Source: Escherichia coli
GTDB taxonomy: Bacteria > Pseudomonadota > Gammaproteobacteria > Enterobacterales > Enterobacteriaceae
Direction: 5' to 3' (one strand)
Length of the DNA stretch: 32,000 nucleotides
NCBI RefSeq assembly: GCF_047300965.1
Contig: NZ_CP178597.1
Shown: positions 19,889-29,824 of the stretch, one piece after another
Position numbering within the stretch: the stretch's first letter is position 1
How the letters are laid out: the number at the start of each line of letters is the position of its first letter
The notes under the pieces: generated by a model
Told to the model about the DNA's origin: nothing
Seen by the model: only the letters and a program-made list of their open reading frames with translations
Databases searched by the model: none
Translations under genes and position numbers: made by a program

Positions 19889-20878
19889 CTACTCTTCTTC
19901 GTTCCCGCCCTCTTCATACGGGCCAAATGGCTTCGCGGGCAGAACGATATACGTGCCTTCAAACACTGCACCCGGCGTCTCGTCGCCAAAGATTTCGACC
20001 TGCATCTGCACCCGTGCTTTTCGTCCGCGCGCCAGACGGTCAAGATCGCCGCTTAAGGCACCAAGGTCGGCTACCGCATGGGGTTTACCGCTAATCGGTT
20101 TGCTGTAGCGGATATGCGCATCCGCCAGAATAATCGTTCCGCCGAGGTGGCGTTCACGCAGCATCAGCCAGATAAGCCCCCAACCGGTGAGCGTCGCCAG
20201 TGAGAATAAACTCCCGGCAAACAGCGTATGGTGCGGATTCTGATTGCCGGTTTCCGGCATGGTGGTGATAAATTTTTGCCCGGTATATTGTTGAATACGC
20301 ACGCCCATTTTTTCACTGAGCGGGATATGTTCGTACCACGCCTGTTGCAGCTGCGCGCACCAGTCGCCGCGATGCAGAATGTCATCCAGAGTGGCGACGG
20401 GCTTAATCATCAAAAAATGGCGAATCGGCGTGGTGGTTGGCGTGGTGATTTCTCCCTGATTAACAAACCCCAGCTTGGCGAAAAACTCCACCGCGTCTTC
20501 ACGGGCGCTACAGGTCACGCGCTTAACGCCTTCCTGACGCGCCACCGACTCCAGGGTCATCGCCATCAGCGTGCCTAACCCTTTGTCCTGCACGTCCGGG
20601 TGAACGGCCATAAAGCGAATGGACGCTTCATTGTCGGCATTAATATACAGTCGGCCTACCGCCACCAGATTACCCTGCTCGTCGACGACCATCTGGTGAT
20701 GCGCCATCGCATCCCACGCGTCGCGTTCCGAACCTTTTGGTTGATGCAGGGGCTTACGCAACATTTCCCAGCGAAACTGATAGTAACGCTCTAATTCTTC
20801 TTCTGTTTGTGGAACCCGAAGGTGATACATAGCGATACTCTCTCTTGTTTCCCGTGACAACCCTGGAAGCTGGCTCAT
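19889..20878 (-). CDS. yiiD: YiiD (FabY-type): N-terminal GNAT acetyltransferase + C-terminal thioesterase-like domain
   Basis: 329 aa [53 protein letters not shown]..., [15 protein letters not shown] motif, hotdog-like C-terminal half. Confidence 0.94.
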
Positions 20879-21312
20879 ACCTGCAACCAGAATGTCACGG
20901 GGCCATCATTGACCAGCGATACCTGCATATCCGCAGCGAAGCGTCCTGTTTGCGTGTTCATCTCTTGCTGACGGCAGCGTTCGACGAAATAGTCATATAA
21001 CGCCTCTGCGCGATCCGGTGATGCACCTTTGGAGAAACTTGGGCGCATCCCCCGTTCGGTATCTGCGGCGAGGGTAAACTGGGAAACCACCAGCACACTG
21101 CCGCCCGCCTGTTGCACGTTGAGATTCATCTTGCCTTCGGCATCGCTAAAGATGCGGTAGCCGAGCACACGCTCGCACAGACGGTTTGCTTTCTGTTCGT
21201 CGTCATCCTTTTCGACACCCAATAACACCAAAAGTCCCGCGCCAATTTCGCCCGTCACTTCTCCCTCCACGGTGACGCTGGCACGGGTTACGCGTTGAAT
21301 TAATGCAATCAT
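20875..21312 (-). CDS. dtd: D-aminoacyl-tRNA deacylase
   Basis: 145 aa [37 protein letters not shown]..., SQFTL motif, NxGPVTF C-terminal motif. Confidence 0.97.
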
Positions 21313-22181
21313 GGTTCGTCGTCTTCTTCTTGTTCAGCTGCTTGTTTTAGTTTGCGGTATTCCCCGAGAGTGACAGTAATTTCCGCGCCAAGCAAGACGA
21401 TACACCATGTCCAGTAGACCCAAACAAAGAGAATGGGGATCACCGCCAGCACACCGTAAATGAGCTGATATGACGGGAACATGGTGATATAAAGCGCGAA
21501 ACCCTTCTTTCCTGCTTCGAACAGGAGCGCGGCGACAAACGCGCCGACAATCGCGTCGCGGTTAGGTACGCGGATGGTAGGAACAATGCTGTACAGCAAC
21601 CAGAAGGAGATCCACGACAACAGCAGCGGAAAAATACGCAGCACATTGTCGATGACAGTATTGAGATCGCTCGCCCAGCGCAGGGAGAGCAAATAGGAAC
21701 TAATCGCCAGACTGGCCCCTGCCAGCAGCGGCCCCAGCGTTAAAATCATCCAGTACACGGCAAACGAGTAAATTTTTGGTCGCGCTCGTTTACTGCGCCA
21801 GATGGTATTCAACGCGCTATCGATGGAGTACATCAACAATAACGCGGTGACGATCAGCCCGCACGCGCCAACGGCGGTCATCTTGTTGGAATTGGCAACA
21901 AATTGTTCGATATACCGCTGAATAACATCGCCAGTAGCAGGCAGAAAGTTGGCAAAAATAAAGTGACGTAACTGAATGCTGACGTCGGAAAACATGGGAA
22001 AAGCGGCGAAAAGCGCAAAAACAACGGCAACCAGCGGCACTAATGAGAGTAACGACACATAGGCAAGGTTACCTGCCAGGGTTGTCATGTTGTCCTCATC
22101 AATGCGTTGCCAGAGTAGTTTTAGCCAGGCCCATAGTGGACGGGTACGGTGCCTGGCTTTGTCCTGAATGGTTTTTAGCAT
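21309..22181 (-). CDS. yihY: YihY/UPF0761 inner-membrane protein
   Basis: 290 aa multi-TM; [26 protein letters not shown] and [19 protein letters not shown]. Confidence 0.95.
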
Positions 22182-22774
22182 AACACCTTCGCGAAATAGT
22201 CCGGGATGGTGGTTTTATCTTTCACCAGAATACTGGTAATGCCCAGCTGATTAGCTCCTTCTATATTATCGGCGTTATCGTCGAAAAAGACCGTATCGCT
22301 GGGTGAAAAACCTTCCGCCTGCAAAACATGCTGGTAAATTCGAGCTTCAGGTTTGCGCATCCCCAGATCTTGCGACAGATAGATATGGTCAGCAGCATCA
22401 CGAATTTCCGGGTATTCTTCCGGCCAGAAGGTGGTATGCAGGCGGTTGGTATTGGAAAGCACCACCACGCGATGCCCCTGCTCACGCAGTTTATGCATGA
22501 TGGCGATCACTTCCGGGCGCAGCGCAACAAACACCGCCTGCCAGCCGTGAGAGAACTGCTCGTAGCTTAGCGGTAGAGCCATCTCATGACACAGCGCCTC
22601 TGCGAACGCTTCGTCGCTAATTTCCCCACGCTCATGCTGATGAAACGCCTCCCCCATATGAAAACTCTTCTTAAGCGATGCCAGCGGAATACGCGTTAAA
22701 TCGCTCCAGGCTCCCAGCACACGGTTAAAGTCGATATCGACAATCACATTACCTAAATCAAAGATATAGAGCAT
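22175..22774 (-). CDS. yihX: HAD-like sugar phosphatase YihX
   Basis: 199 aa [24 protein letters not shown]...; HAD motifs [23 protein letters not shown]. Confidence 0.93.
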
Positions 22775-22872
22775 TTTTGCCTCCTTTCGCGCCACAAGAA
22801 ATTAACTGTAGCGGGAAAGGATGGGTTTGGCTATGTGGCAAGGTATGAAGCCAGGTCAACGGTCACAAAAAT

Positions 22873-23658
22873 CTACGCGTCTTCCTGGGGAAGAATAATT
22901 TCAATTTGGCTGTCTTGTAAGCGTGATTTTAGCGCAGCGGGCGGCAGCTCGTCGGTAAAGAGCGCGGTGACCTGTGCCACGTTACCAATTTCAACCGCCG
23001 CCGAAGCATGATACTTAGTGTGATCGGCGACCAGCAGGATATTTCTCGCGTGCGCCATCATCGTTTTCACCACGTTAGCTTCGTTTACATCAAACTCCAT
23101 CAACGCGCCATCGCTCTCAATCGCCCCAACGCTTGTTACCAGATAATCAGCACGAAAATCGGCCACAAAGGACGCCGCTGAAGGGCCAATGATCCCGCTA
23201 TTATGAGAGCGCAACGTACCGCCGGGTACCATCACTTCAAAGCGCGGGTTGTGGTAAAGAATATGCGCCACACGCAGGCTGTTGGTGATTATCCGCAAAT
23301 GATTATGGTTAAGTAACGCCCGGGCAACATGCTCAACGGTCGTACCAATGGTGATAAATATTGTTGAACCATCAGGAATATAGTCTGCCACCGCTTCGGC
23401 AATCGCTTTTTTTTCCTCGGTTTGCGAAACCTCACGCTGCTCGAACGCCGTATTAACGACGCTGGAAGCCCGACCCGCGCCACCGTGATGGCGCGTAATC
23501 AGGCCTTGCTCGCTTAATTTACGAATATCCCGGCGCACCGTCTGCGTGGAGACATCCAGCAGATTTGCCAGCTCATCAATATTCATATACCCACGCTCGG
23601 CGATCAGCATGAGGAGTTGGTCGTGCCGCGGGTTACCGGTTAGTTCGGTAAGGCTCAT
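22873..23658 (-). CDS. yihW: DeoR-family repressor of the sulfoquinovose cluster (YihW/CsqR)
   Basis: 261 aa MSLTELTGNPRHDQLLMLIAERGYMNIDELANLLDVSTQTVRRDIRKLSEQGL... DeoR HTH plus effector domain. Confidence 0.95.
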   Translation of the reverse strand: MSLTELTGNPRHDQLLMLIAERGYMNIDELANLLDVSTQTVRRDIRKLSEQGLITRHHGGAGRASSVVNTAFEQREVSQTEEKKAIAEAVADYIPDGSTIFITIGTTVEHVARALLNHNHLRIITNSLRVAHILYHNPRFEVMVPGGTLRSHNSGIIGPSAASFVADFRADYLVTSVGAIESDGALMEFDVNEANVVKTMMAHARNILLVADHTKYHASAAVEIGNVAQVTALFTDELPPAALKSRLQDSQIEIILPQEDA

Positions 23659-23691
23659 GAAAATTCCTCGAAAAACCATCACCCTGGCATT

Positions 23692-24588
23692 TTATACAAA
23701 AAGTGACAAAAAAGATCGGGTTTGATCACAGTCAGGGATCCCGGCTCGTCCACCGGGACGCGTGCATTTCAACGCCGCTACACCGCTGGCGAAGCGGACT
23801 GACTCCGCTAAATCCCCACCTGTTGCCAGCGCCACCGCCAATGCGCCGTGAAAAACATCACCCGCACCTGTGGTATCTACCACATCAACTTTGAAGGCCG
23901 GTTGATATTGACGCCCGCCATTTTCCAGCCAGTCACAGCCAGCGCTGCCCTGGGTCACATAGACATGACCATTTGTGAGCGTTTGTGCCTGTTTTAGCGC
24001 ACTGGCCATCTCTTTCACGCCCGTTAAGCGCGCCAGACCCGGTTCTGAAAAGGCCGCATGATCGCTTAATGCCACCAACTCACTGATATCCTGCGGCGTA
24101 ATGTCCCCGTCCAGAACGGTCATCACGCCCACCTGCCGGGCCAGAGTGAAGGCTTTTTTAGCGCCGTCGTGCCAGCGTACATCTGCCAGCACAACATCCC
24201 ACTGAGAGAAATCAATTTCCTCCAACCACTCTGCGTCAGGCAGCAGGTCCGGGCTGGGGTAGTTAATGATTATCCGCTCGCCTTTGGCATCCACCATGAT
24301 GGCGGATTGCGATGATTTCGCCTGGTTATACCGTTTGGTGTAACGGGTGTTAACGCCCCAGGATTCCAGCTCTGCCAGCAGGCTGTTGCCCGTGTCGTCA
24401 TCACCTACGCGACCAATAAAATCAACCTGCGCCCCCAGCCTTGCCGCCGCAACCGCTGCCGTCGCCGCTGGCCCGCCACCAACTTCCGTATAATTTCTCG
24501 CCACGTATTTACCGCTCTCCGTCGGTAACCCTTCCACGTAATAGATGCGATCCATCACGGTTATACCTACACAAGCAACACGAATCAT
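23692..24588 (-). CDS. yihV: 6-deoxy-6-sulfofructose kinase
   Basis: 298 aa PfkB/ribokinase family (MIRVACVGITVMDRIYYVEGLPTESGKY..., DTTGAGDVFHGAL), in the yihTUVW context. Confidence 0.95.
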   Translation of the reverse strand: MIRVACVGITVMDRIYYVEGLPTESGKYVARNYTEVGGGPAATAAVAAARLGAQVDFIGRVGDDDTGNSLLAELESWGVNTRYTKRYNQAKSSQSAIMVDAKGERIIINYPSPDLLPDAEWLEEIDFSQWDVVLADVRWHDGAKKAFTLARQVGVMTVLDGDITPQDISELVALSDHAAFSEPGLARLTGVKEMASALKQAQTLTNGHVYVTQGSAGCDWLENGGRQYQPAFKVDVVDTTGAGDVFHGALAVALATGGDLAESVRFASGVAALKCTRPGGRAGIPDCDQTRSFLSLFV

Positions 24589-24755
24589 GGTCATTCCTTA
24601 AACATTTTGGGATGCGTTCATTTTAATTTCACCAATTGTTTAAAAAGTGACGGCTGTCAATTTTTTGACTATAAATTACAAATACGATCAAAAACAGACA
24701 ATCAAAGCGTGTCATAAATGACAAAAAGTGACATCACTGTATTCAGGAGAAGGTT
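24589..24755. promoter_or_regulatory. Divergent yihV/yihU control region with AAAAAGTGAC boxes
   Basis: AAAAAGTGAC at 24642-24651 and 24723-24732; TGTCATAAATGACA inverted repeat at 24710-24723. Confidence 0.6.
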
Positions 24756-25652
24756 ATGGCAGCAATCGCGTTTATCGGTTTAGGACAAATGGGTTCGCCA
24801 ATGGCGAGCAATTTATTGCAGCAAGGGCACCAACTTCGCGTCTTTGATGTGAATGCCGAGGCTGTGCGGCATCTGGTAGACAAAGGCGCGACTCCCGCCG
24901 CCAATCCGGCGCAGGCCGCAAAAGATGCCGAATTTATCATTACCATGTTGCCGAATGGCGATCTGGTGCGCAGCGTGTTGTTCGGTGAAAACGGCGTTTG
25001 CGAAAGCTTATCTACCGATGCGCTGGTCATTGATATGTCGACCATCCATCCGCTGCAAACCGATAAATTGATTGCCGATATGCAAGCCAAAGGATTCAGC
25101 ATGATGGATGTTCCGGTAGGCCGTACTTCTGCAAATGCCATTACCGGTACTCTGTTACTGCTGGCTGGCGGCACCGCTGAACAAGTTGAACGTGCCACGC
25201 CGATCCTGATGGCGATGGGCAGTGAGTTGATCAACGCTGGCGGTCCGGGCATGGGGATCCGCGTTAAGCTCATCAACAACTATATGAGCATCGCGCTCAA
25301 TGCGCTTTCGGCAGAAGCCGCCGTTTTGTGCGAAGCCCTGAATCTTCCCTTCGATGTTGCCGTCAAAGTGATGAGCGGTACCGCCGCCGGTAAAGGCCAC
25401 TTCACCACTTCCTGGCCAAACAAAGTCCTCAGCGGAGATCTTTCTCCCGCCTTCATGATCGATCTTGCCCATAAGGATCTTGGCATCGCCCTTGATGTCG
25501 CCAACCAGCTGCATGTGCCAATGCCGCTGGGGGCCGCCTCACGGGAGGTTTATAGCCAGGCGCGCGCAGCGGGTCGCGGTCGCCAGGACTGGTCCGCCAT
25601 TCTGGAACAGGTCCGTGTCAGTGCCGGGATGACTGCCAAAGTAAAAATGTAA
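24756..25652 (+). CDS. yihU: 3-sulfolactaldehyde reductase
   Basis: 298 aa; beta-hydroxyacid dehydrogenase motifs [38 protein letters not shown]. Confidence 0.95.
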   Translation: MAAIAFIGLGQMGSPMASNLLQQGHQLRVFDVNAEAVRHLVDKGATPAANPAQAAKDAEFIITMLPNGDLVRSVLFGENGVCESLSTDALVIDMSTIHPLQTDKLIADMQAKGFSMMDVPVGRTSANAITGTLLLLAGGTAEQVERATPILMAMGSELINAGGPGMGIRVKLINNYMSIALNALSAEAAVLCEALNLPFDVAVKVMSGTAAGKGHFTTSWPNKVLSGDLSPAFMIDLAHKDLGIALDVANQLHVPMPLGAASREVYSQARAAGRGRQDWSAILEQVRVSAGMTAKVKM

Positions 25653-25675
25653 CGACTGGATAAAGGAATAAATGA

Positions 25676-26554
25676 ATGAATAAGTACACCATCAACGACA
25701 TTACGCGCGCATCGGGCGGTTTTGCCATGCTGGCGGTCGATCAGCGCGAAGCCATGCGCATGATGTTTGCCGCGGCTGGGGCACCCGCTCCGGTAGCCGA
25801 TAGCGTTTTAACTGATTTCAAAGTCAACGCGGCGAAGACCCTCTCGCCTTATGCCTCGGCGATTCTGGTAGATCAACAATTCTGTTACCGCCAGGTGGTT
25901 GAGCAAAACGCGATTGCCAAAAGTTGCGCCATGATTGTCGCCGCCGATGAGTTCATTCCTGGCAACGGTATTCCGGTAGATAGCGTGGTCATTGACCGCA
26001 AAATCAATCCGCTACAGATCAAACAAGACGGTGGCAAAGCCTTAAAACTGCTGGTGCTGTGGCGTAGTGATGAAGATGCGCAGCAACGCCTAGATATGGT
26101 GAAAGAGTTTAACGAACTGTGCCACTCACACGGCCTGGTAAGCATTATTGAGCCAGTCGTCCGCCCACCACGTCGTGGCGATAAATTCGATCGCGAACAA
26201 GCGATCATCGATGCCGCCAAAGAGCTGGGCGACAGTGGCGCTGACCTCTACAAAGTTGAAATGCCGCTTTACGGTAAAGGTCCGCAACAAGAGCTTCTCA
26301 GTGCTTCACAACGTCTGAATGACCATATCAATATGCCGTGGGTGATCCTCTCTTCCGGTGTCGACGAAAAACTGTTCCCGCGTGCCGTACGCGTGGCAAT
26401 GACAGCGGGTGCATCGGGCTTCCTGGCTGGTCGTGCCGTCTGGGCATCGGTCGTCGGTTTACCAGATAACGAGCTGATGCTGCGTGACGTTTGCGCACCG
26501 AAATTACAACAACTTGGCGATATCGTCGACGAAATGATGGCTAAACGCCGTTAA
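25676..26554 (+). CDS. yihT: 6-deoxy-6-sulfofructose-1-phosphate aldolase
   Basis: 292 aa class I aldolase, [28 protein letters not shown]..., LYKVEMP. Confidence 0.96.
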   Translation: MNKYTINDITRASGGFAMLAVDQREAMRMMFAAAGAPAPVADSVLTDFKVNAAKTLSPYASAILVDQQFCYRQVVEQNAIAKSCAMIVAADEFIPGNGIPVDSVVIDRKINPLQIKQDGGKALKLLVLWRSDEDAQQRLDMVKEFNELCHSHGLVSIIEPVVRPPRRGDKFDREQAIIDAAKELGDSGADLYKVEMPLYGKGPQQELLSASQRLNDHINMPWVILSSGVDEKLFPRAVRVAMTAGASGFLAGRAVWASVVGLPDNELMLRDVCAPKLQQLGDIVDEMMAKRR

Positions 26555-26569
26555 AATGGGGATACAAAA

Positions 26570-27811
26570 ATGAAATGGTTTAACACTTTAAGTCACAACC
26601 GTTGGCTGGAACAGGAAACCGATCGCATCTTTGATTTTGGTAAAAATTCCGTAGTACCGACCGGATTTGGCTGGTTAGGCAATAAAGGGCAAATCAAAGA
26701 AGAGATGGGCACCCATCTGTGGATCACAGCTCGTATGTTGCACGTTTATTCCGTCGCTGCGGCGATGGGTCGACCTGGCGCTTACTCGTTGGTTGATCAC
26801 GGTATTAAAGCCATGAACGGCGCACTGCGCGATAAAAAATATGGCGGCTGGTATGCCTGTGTGAATGACGAGGGCGTGGTGGATGCCTCCAAACAGGGCT
26901 ATCAACATTTCTTTGCTCTGCTGGGTGCTGCCAGCGCCGTCACTACCGGTCATCCGGAAGCGCGCAAGCTGCTCGATTACACCATTGAAATTATCGAGAA
27001 ATACTTCTGGAGCGAAGAAGAGCAGATGTGCCTGGAGTCCTGGGACGAAGCCTTCAGCAAAACCGAAGAGTACCGCGGCGGCAATGCCAATATGCACGCA
27101 GTGGAAGCTTTCTTAATTGTTTATGACGTAACGCATGACAAAAAATGGCTGGATCGCGCGATTCGCGTGGCTTCCGTGATTATCCACGACGTCGCAAGAA
27201 ATAATCATTATCGCGTTAACGAACACTTCGATACCCAGTGGAATCCGCTGCCGGATTACAACAAAGATAACCCGGCGCACCGCTTCCGCGCGTTCGGAGG
27301 TACACCAGGCCACTGGATCGAATGGGGCCGTTTAATGCTGCACATCCATGCTGCCCTGGAAGCCCGTTGCGAACAGCCGCCAGCATGGCTGCTAGAAGAT
27401 GCCAAAGGTCTGTTTAACGCCACCGTGCGCGATGCCTGGGCACCCGATGGTGCGGACGGGATTGTTTATACCGTTGACTGGGAAGGAAAACCGGTGGTCC
27501 GCGAACGTGTGCGTTGGCCTATCGTCGAAGCGATGGGTACGGCCTACGCGCTCTACACCGTCACCGGCGATCGCCAGTATGAAACCTGGTATCAGACATG
27601 GTGGGACTACTGCATTAAGTACCTGATGGACTATGAAAATGGTTCCTGGTGGCAGGAGCTGGATGCGGACAATAAGGTCACCACCAAAGTCTGGGACGGC
27701 AAACAGGATATTTATCACCTGCTGCATTGCCTGGTGATCCCGCGTATCCCGTTAGCGCCAGGCCTGGCTCCGGCAGTTGCGGCGGGTCTGCTGGATATTA
27801 ACGCGAAATAA
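26570..27811 (+). CDS. yihS: Sulfoquinovose isomerase
   Basis: 413 aa AGE/mannose isomerase family, [40 protein letters not shown]... Confidence 0.96.
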   Translation: MKWFNTLSHNRWLEQETDRIFDFGKNSVVPTGFGWLGNKGQIKEEMGTHLWITARMLHVYSVAAAMGRPGAYSLVDHGIKAMNGALRDKKYGGWYACVNDEGVVDASKQGYQHFFALLGAASAVTTGHPEARKLLDYTIEIIEKYFWSEEEQMCLESWDEAFSKTEEYRGGNANMHAVEAFLIVYDVTHDKKWLDRAIRVASVIIHDVARNNHYRVNEHFDTQWNPLPDYNKDNPAHRFRAFGGTPGHWIEWGRLMLHIHAALEARCEQPPAWLLEDAKGLFNATVRDAWAPDGADGIVYTVDWEGKPVVRERVRWPIVEAMGTAYALYTVTGDRQYETWYQTWWDYCIKYLMDYENGSWWQELDADNKVTTKVWDGKQDIYHLLHCLVIPRIPLAPGLAPAVAAGLLDINAK

Positions 27812-27822
27812 CTGACTAAAAA

Positions 27823-27857
27823 AACGACATATCAGGCTGCACGCCGGGTATGTCGTT
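27823..27857. other. Intergenic hairpin between yihS and yihR
   Basis: AACGACATA...TATGTCGTT perfect 9-bp stem, preceded by an A run and followed by ATT; possible attenuator/terminator or processing site. Confidence 0.5.
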
Positions 27858-27877
27858 ATTCAATAAAGGTGCCTCGT

Positions 27878-28780
27878 ATGCAAATCACCAACATGCATTG
27901 CAGTGGACAGACCGTTTCACTTGCCGCGGGGGATTATCACGCGACCATTGTGACCGTCGGTGCAGGTCTGGCTGAATTAACCTTTCAGGGCTGCCATTTA
28001 GTTATTCCACATAAACCCGAAGAGATGCCGCTGGCACATCTGGGCAAAGTCCTTATTCCGTGGCCGAACCGGATCGCCAACGGCTGTTATCGCTATCAGG
28101 GGCAGGAATATCAGTTACCCATTAATGAACATGGTTCAAAAGCCGCTATTCATGGGCTGCTCGCCTGGCGTGACTGGCAAATCAGCGAATTAACCGCCAC
28201 CAGCGTTACCCTGACAGCTTTTCTGCCACCCAGTTACGGCTATCCGTTTATGCTGGCTTCGCAGGTTGTTTATTCGCTCAATGCACGCACGGGTCTTTCC
28301 GTTGAGATCGCAAGTCAGAATATTGGTACTGTGACCTCACCCTATGGTGTGGGTATTCATCCTTATTTAACCTGCAACTTAACATCTGTTGATGAATATC
28401 TGTTCCAGCTTCCGGCAAACCAGGTTTATGCCGTCGATGAGCACGCTAATCCGACAACGCTTCACCACGTTGATGAGCTGGATTTAAATTTCACGCAGGC
28501 GAAAAAAATAGCCGCGACAAAAATCGACCATACCTTTAAAACCGCTAATGATCTGTGGGAAATAACCATTACCCATCCACAACAGGCGCTTTCGGTTAGC
28601 CTTTGTTCCGATCAACCCTGGGTACAAATTTATAGCGGCGAAAAATTACAGCGTCAGGGACTGGCAGTTGAACCTATGAGTTGCCCGCCTAACGCCTTTA
28701 ATTCAGGTCTCGACTTATTATTACTGGAACCAGGGAAAACGCACCGCCTGTTTTTTAATATTTACGGGCAACACAATTAA
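27878..28780 (+). CDS. yihR: Galactose-mutarotase-like (aldose 1-epimerase family) protein, sulfoquinovose mutarotase YihR
   Basis: 300 aa MQITNMHCSGQTVSLAAG...VLIPWPNRIANGCY..., IHPYL, VEPMSCPPNAFN; AAAGG Shine-Dalgarno upstream. The ORF-track GTG start at 27869 is less likely. Confidence 0.88.
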   Translation: MQITNMHCSGQTVSLAAGDYHATIVTVGAGLAELTFQGCHLVIPHKPEEMPLAHLGKVLIPWPNRIANGCYRYQGQEYQLPINEHGSKAAIHGLLAWRDWQISELTATSVTLTAFLPPSYGYPFMLASQVVYSLNARTGLSVEIASQNIGTVTSPYGVGIHPYLTCNLTSVDEYLFQLPANQVYAVDEHANPTTLHHVDELDLNFTQAKKIAATKIDHTFKTANDLWEITITHPQQALSVSLCSDQPWVQIYSGEKLQRQGLAVEPMSCPPNAFNSGLDLLLLEPGKTHRLFFNIYGQHN

Positions 28781-28840
28781 TTTTATTAAGAAAAGAACGA
28801 GATCATTGTTTAGAATTGTATTTACACAACAGGAAATATT

Positions 28841-29716
28841 ATGGACTTTTTTACGTTATTTTCACCGGATGGGGTCATGCTGGAAACAAACGTGGTATGT
28901 ATCGTTATCGCGTTAATGTTTCTTTATACCTTTGTGGGGATATGCGCGGGATTTGGCGGTGGTTTAACCACTATGCCGCTCGTCACGTTAATGCTCCCCG
29001 TAAAAATGGCAACACCACTCTCGGTAATTGTCGGCACCGCGACCGCCTTGTACGCCACCTGGCTGTCACGTAAAGAAACGGATTGGCGATCGGCAATGGT
29101 ACTGATTATTTTCTCGTTTCTGGGAATACCCGTCGGTTTATATGCGCTGTCGTATTTACCCGACCATTTTATGAAAGTGGGCTTAGGCGGATTCCTTATC
29201 CTGTACTCCTTTTACAGTATGTTTATTCCACGCCTGCCGATTTATGACCGCAACTGGATCGCCGCACCTATCGGTGCAGTAGCAGGCGCATTAGGCGCAG
29301 CGTTTTCAACCAACGGACCGCCGATGGTTATCTACGGTATGCTGCGTAACTTAGGCCCGGCGGCATTTCGTGGCACTCTGAACGCTTTCTTCACCGCAAA
29401 CAACATCGCGGTGATCGGCGGGCTGGCGACCAGCGGAATTTTGACTGTTTCTATCTTTAAACTGGTGCTGTTTTGTATTCCCACCATGATCCTCGGTTCA
29501 CTGGTTGGACAATATGTGCATAAACGCATTTCAGTCAAAGTGTTCCGTGTGATGGTCTTTTTGTTGCTGATTGCCTCCGGTTCTATGTTGATAAAAGGCG
29601 CGCTGGGAATTCCCGCTGCTGCCGCGCTTCTGCCTCCTTTTACCTTGTTAGTTATACTGCAACTGGCATTTGGTAAAAAAGTGGCGGCAATCCGCCGGGC
29701 TGAAGAAAGTAAATAA
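28841..29716 (+). CDS. TauE/SafE-family (COG0730) membrane permease embedded in the sulfoquinovose gene set
   Basis: 291 aa multi-TM protein: FVGICAGFGGGLTTMPLVTLMLP, GTATALYATWLSRKETDWRSAM, APIGAVAGALGAAFSTNGPPMVIYGM; ribosome site AGGAAA upstream; lies between yihR and yihQ on the same strand. Confidence 0.85.
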   Translation: MDFFTLFSPDGVMLETNVVCIVIALMFLYTFVGICAGFGGGLTTMPLVTLMLPVKMATPLSVIVGTATALYATWLSRKETDWRSAMVLIIFSFLGIPVGLYALSYLPDHFMKVGLGGFLILYSFYSMFIPRLPIYDRNWIAAPIGAVAGALGAAFSTNGPPMVIYGMLRNLGPAAFRGTLNAFFTANNIAVIGGLATSGILTVSIFKLVLFCIPTMILGSLVGQYVHKRISVKVFRVMVFLLLIASGSMLIKGALGIPAAAALLPPFTLLVILQLAFGKKVAAIRRAEESK

Positions 29717-29824
29717 TCACTTATGCGGGTTTTAATTTATACCAGCACCACATTCTTTAATTAATGAAACCTGTAACAACAGGATGGCATGAAATATTAG
29801 CTTTATACTCTATGGAGATTATTT

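Noticed and set aside
24594-24755. Small protein or sRNA gene in the yihV/yihU spacer
   Set aside because: Spacer is short and explained by two divergent promoters plus operator-like boxes; no supported ORF or terminator.
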